Positions 61,785 through 64,000 of a stretch of 64,000 nt of DNA are shown here, one piece after another. Within the stretch, counting starts at the first letter, position 1. Every line of letters starts with the position of its first letter. Below the pieces are notes generated by a model. The model was not told where the DNA came from. It did not search any database and saw nothing but the letters and a program-made list of their open reading frames with translations. Source of the stretch: Candidatus Latescibacterota bacterium (lineage in GTDB: Bacteria; Latescibacterota; UBA2968; UBA8231); NCBI GenBank assembly GCA_965221775.1, contig CBDCSU010000006.1, forward strand, positions 1,984,001-2,048,000, in the 5' to 3' direction. The position numbers were made by a program, and so were the translations under genes.

Positions 61785-62515
61785 GGGAGGTCTCCGGTGT
61801 GCAGATCGATGGTGGTGAAGGCTCTGCCCTTCTCGGTCACGGCGACGCGCACGAAGTCTAGGTGCTCCTCGCAGGGGTTGAGGAGGCCGTGGCCCTCGCC
61901 GGGGCGCTGCAGGGTGACGTGGCCGGGACCGATGCGCGTGGTGCGGTCGCCGATGGTCATCTCTCCGGCCCCCGAGAGGACGACGAAGACCTCGTCCATG
62001 TGCTCGTGGTAGTGGCGCCCCAGGGAGCTGCCCCGGGAGAGGACGGCGTGGTCGAGGAAGGTCCAGCTGCTGGCGAAGTCCTCCGGCCCCCACAGATGCC
62101 GGGTGGCGATGCGTCCGCCGCCGCCGTGGATGGCGTCGCGCCAGGGCAGCCGGTCGCGGGTGAAGGGCTCGCTCAGGAACCGTGCGCGCTCCGGATCGGC
62201 GCCGCTCACGCCGATGGCGATGAGGCGGGCGCCGACGGGCCCGGCGGTCAGACGGTGGTCGGCACCCACGCCGCACAGGAGCGCGGCGGGCGCGTCCACG
62301 GTCTCCGGCGCGCACTCGGCGGGGGCGATGGCCGCCGTCCCACGCAGCAGCAGGTAGCCGCACTCCACGTCGGGGGCCGGGCGGGCCTCGTGCACGGCCC
62401 CGGCCGGCAGGTCGATCAGGTCCAGCTGCGGCCACGGGGTCTCCCGCGGGGTGCCCAGGAACAGGGCCACGGGCTCTCCGGTCGGTCGGGCGACATCGTC
62501 GAGGCGCTGGATCAT
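61781..62515 (-). CDS. Cupin domain protein (bicupin-like)
   Basis: C-terminal cupin metal motif GRHYHEHMDEVFVVLSGAG...PGEGHGLLN; degenerate N-terminal cupin. Confidence 0.82.
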
Positions 62516-62653
62516 GCGGGGTAAGGTAAGCCCGCGCCCACTACCGGCAACGGAGGTCCTCGGGGGACTCCCGCCGGGTGGCTGCGGTCACCTGCCCTTC
62601 GTAGTCTTGCCCGCGTTCTCCACTGACCACCCCTTCCGCCGAGCACGCCTTCC

Positions 62654-63769
62654 ATGTCCGCCGCCACTCCGCGCCGCCGCACCTCCGGCCCGTTGCGCGT
62701 CGGCGTCCTGGGGCAGGGCCGCAGCGGCTACGGCATCCACTGCCGCTGGTTCGAGCAGGCGCCCCGGAAGTACCGCATCGCCGCCGTGGCCGATCTGCTC
62801 GCCGACCGCCGCCGGGAGGCCGAGAGCCGTTTCGGCTGCGACAGCTACCGGGAGCACCGCGACCTGTTGTCCCGCGACGACCTCGACCTCGTGGTCAACG
62901 CCCTGCCGTCGCACCTGCACCCGCCGGTGACGATCGAGGCCCTGAAGGCCGGCCACCACGTGGTCTGCGAGAAGCCCGCCGCGTGGAACGTGGCCCAGCT
63001 CGACCGCATGATCGCCGCCGCCACCAAGGCCCGTCGCGTCCTGGCCCCCTTTCAGCAGTCCCGCTACCGGGCCCTGTTCCGCAAGAGTCTGGAGGTGATC
63101 GACTCCGGCGTGCTGGGGCGCATCCTGCAGGTGCGGATCACGGCCAACGGCTTCGCCCGCCGCTGGGACTGGCAGACCCTGCAGGAGTTCAAGGGCGGCA
63201 ACCTGCTCAACACCGGGCCTCACTTCCTCGACTGGGCCGTCTGCCTGCAGGGCTTCCGCAAGCCGGACGAGGTGTTCTGCGCCATGGACCGGGCCAACAC
63301 CTCCGGCGACGCCGAGGACTACGTGAAGGTGGTGCTCCGGAAGAAGGGGGCCCCCGTCATCGACCTGGAGATCTCGAGCTGCGACGCCTACCCGCCAGGA
63401 GAGACGATCAACGCCCAAGGGACGAGGGGAGGGCTGAGCGGCGGCAACGGCGGCCTGCGGTGGCGCTGGTACGATGAGAAGCAGACGCCGAGGCAGCGGC
63501 TGATCCGCAACCCCCTGCCCGAGCGGGCCTACTGCCGGGAGGAGCTGGAGTTCACCGAGGAGAGCTGGACGCCGACGGAGGCCGAGACCGACGCCTTCCG
63601 GTGGATGTCGAGGCGGTTTTACGATCACCTCCACGAGGTCCTGCGCGGCGGCGCCAAGCTCGACATCACCCCCCGGCAGGTGCGCGTGCAGATGGCGGTG
63701 ATGGAGGAGTGCCACCGGCAGGCGAAGCTGCCGAAGCTGCCGGCCAAGGGCTGGCCGAAAGGACGATGA
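62654..63769 (+). CDS. Gfo/Idh/MocA family oxidoreductase
   Basis: [43 protein letters not shown]. Confidence 0.92.
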   Translation: MSAATPRRRTSGPLRVGVLGQGRSGYGIHCRWFEQAPRKYRIAAVADLLADRRREAESRFGCDSYREHRDLLSRDDLDLVVNALPSHLHPPVTIEALKAGHHVVCEKPAAWNVAQLDRMIAAATKARRVLAPFQQSRYRALFRKSLEVIDSGVLGRILQVRITANGFARRWDWQTLQEFKGGNLLNTGPHFLDWAVCLQGFRKPDEVFCAMDRANTSGDAEDYVKVVLRKKGAPVIDLEISSCDAYPPGETINAQGTRGGLSGGNGGLRWRWYDEKQTPRQRLIRNPLPERAYCREELEFTEESWTPTEAETDAFRWMSRRFYDHLHEVLRGGAKLDITPRQVRVQMAVMEECHRQAKLPKLPAKGWPKGR

Positions 63770-64000
63770 CCATGACCCCCGACCGGGAGCGCGCCTTCGA
63801 GACCGCCCTGGCCGCCCTGCCGCGGGTGCGGCTGGCCTCGGTGCGTCCGACGCCCCTGGAGCCGATGGCCCGCCTCAGCGCCGAGCTCGGCGGACCGGAC
63901 ATCTACATCAAGCGCGACGACCTGACGGGCCTGGCCTTCGGCGGCAACAAGACGCGCATGCTCGAGTTCTCCCTCGCCGACGCCAGGGAGCAGGGCGCCG
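63766..64000 (+). CDS. D-cysteine desulfhydrase/ACC deaminase family PLP enzyme, N-terminal part (runs off the right edge)
   Basis: ATGA overlap; manual translation ...[41 protein letters not shown]. Confidence 0.9.
   Translation, partial: MTMTPDRERAFETALAALPRVRLASVRPTPLEPMARLSAELGGPDIYIKRDDLTGLAFGGNKTRMLEFSLADAREQGA

Overview
High-GC bacterial chromosome segment. The long SecA with helical insertions, tandem PorV-like barrels and FlgD/T9SS-type C-terminal domains suggest a non-Bacteroidota FCB-group lineage (Latescibacterota/Gemmatimonadota-like; inference). The left half is mostly housekeeping (gltA, ftsY, ribD-ribE-ribBA-ribH-nusB, secA, purC, tgt-yajC-fmt, tRNA-Ala) with envelope clusters. 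The right half is accessory: vapBC, oxidoreductases, PhyH dioxygenase, ankyrin protein, PD-(D/E)XK nucleases, Fic, hrpA. The top finding is a gene the ORF track splits in two (53197..54084, minus). It has an in-frame TGA exactly at the catalytic Cys of a thioredoxin-fold UxxC motif, followed by a SECIS-like hairpin. This predicts an exported selenoprotein with a signal peptide, a redoxin domain and a FlgD/T9SS-like sorting domain, next to a CxxC TlpA protein and a DUF6029-like barrel with a C-terminal Cys pair. Other findings are a RibBA with a degenerate DHBP-synthase half, an intrinsic terminator inside the rib operon, an apparent CTG start for fmt and a frameshifted oxidoreductase. Family assignments come from motif recognition, not database searches.
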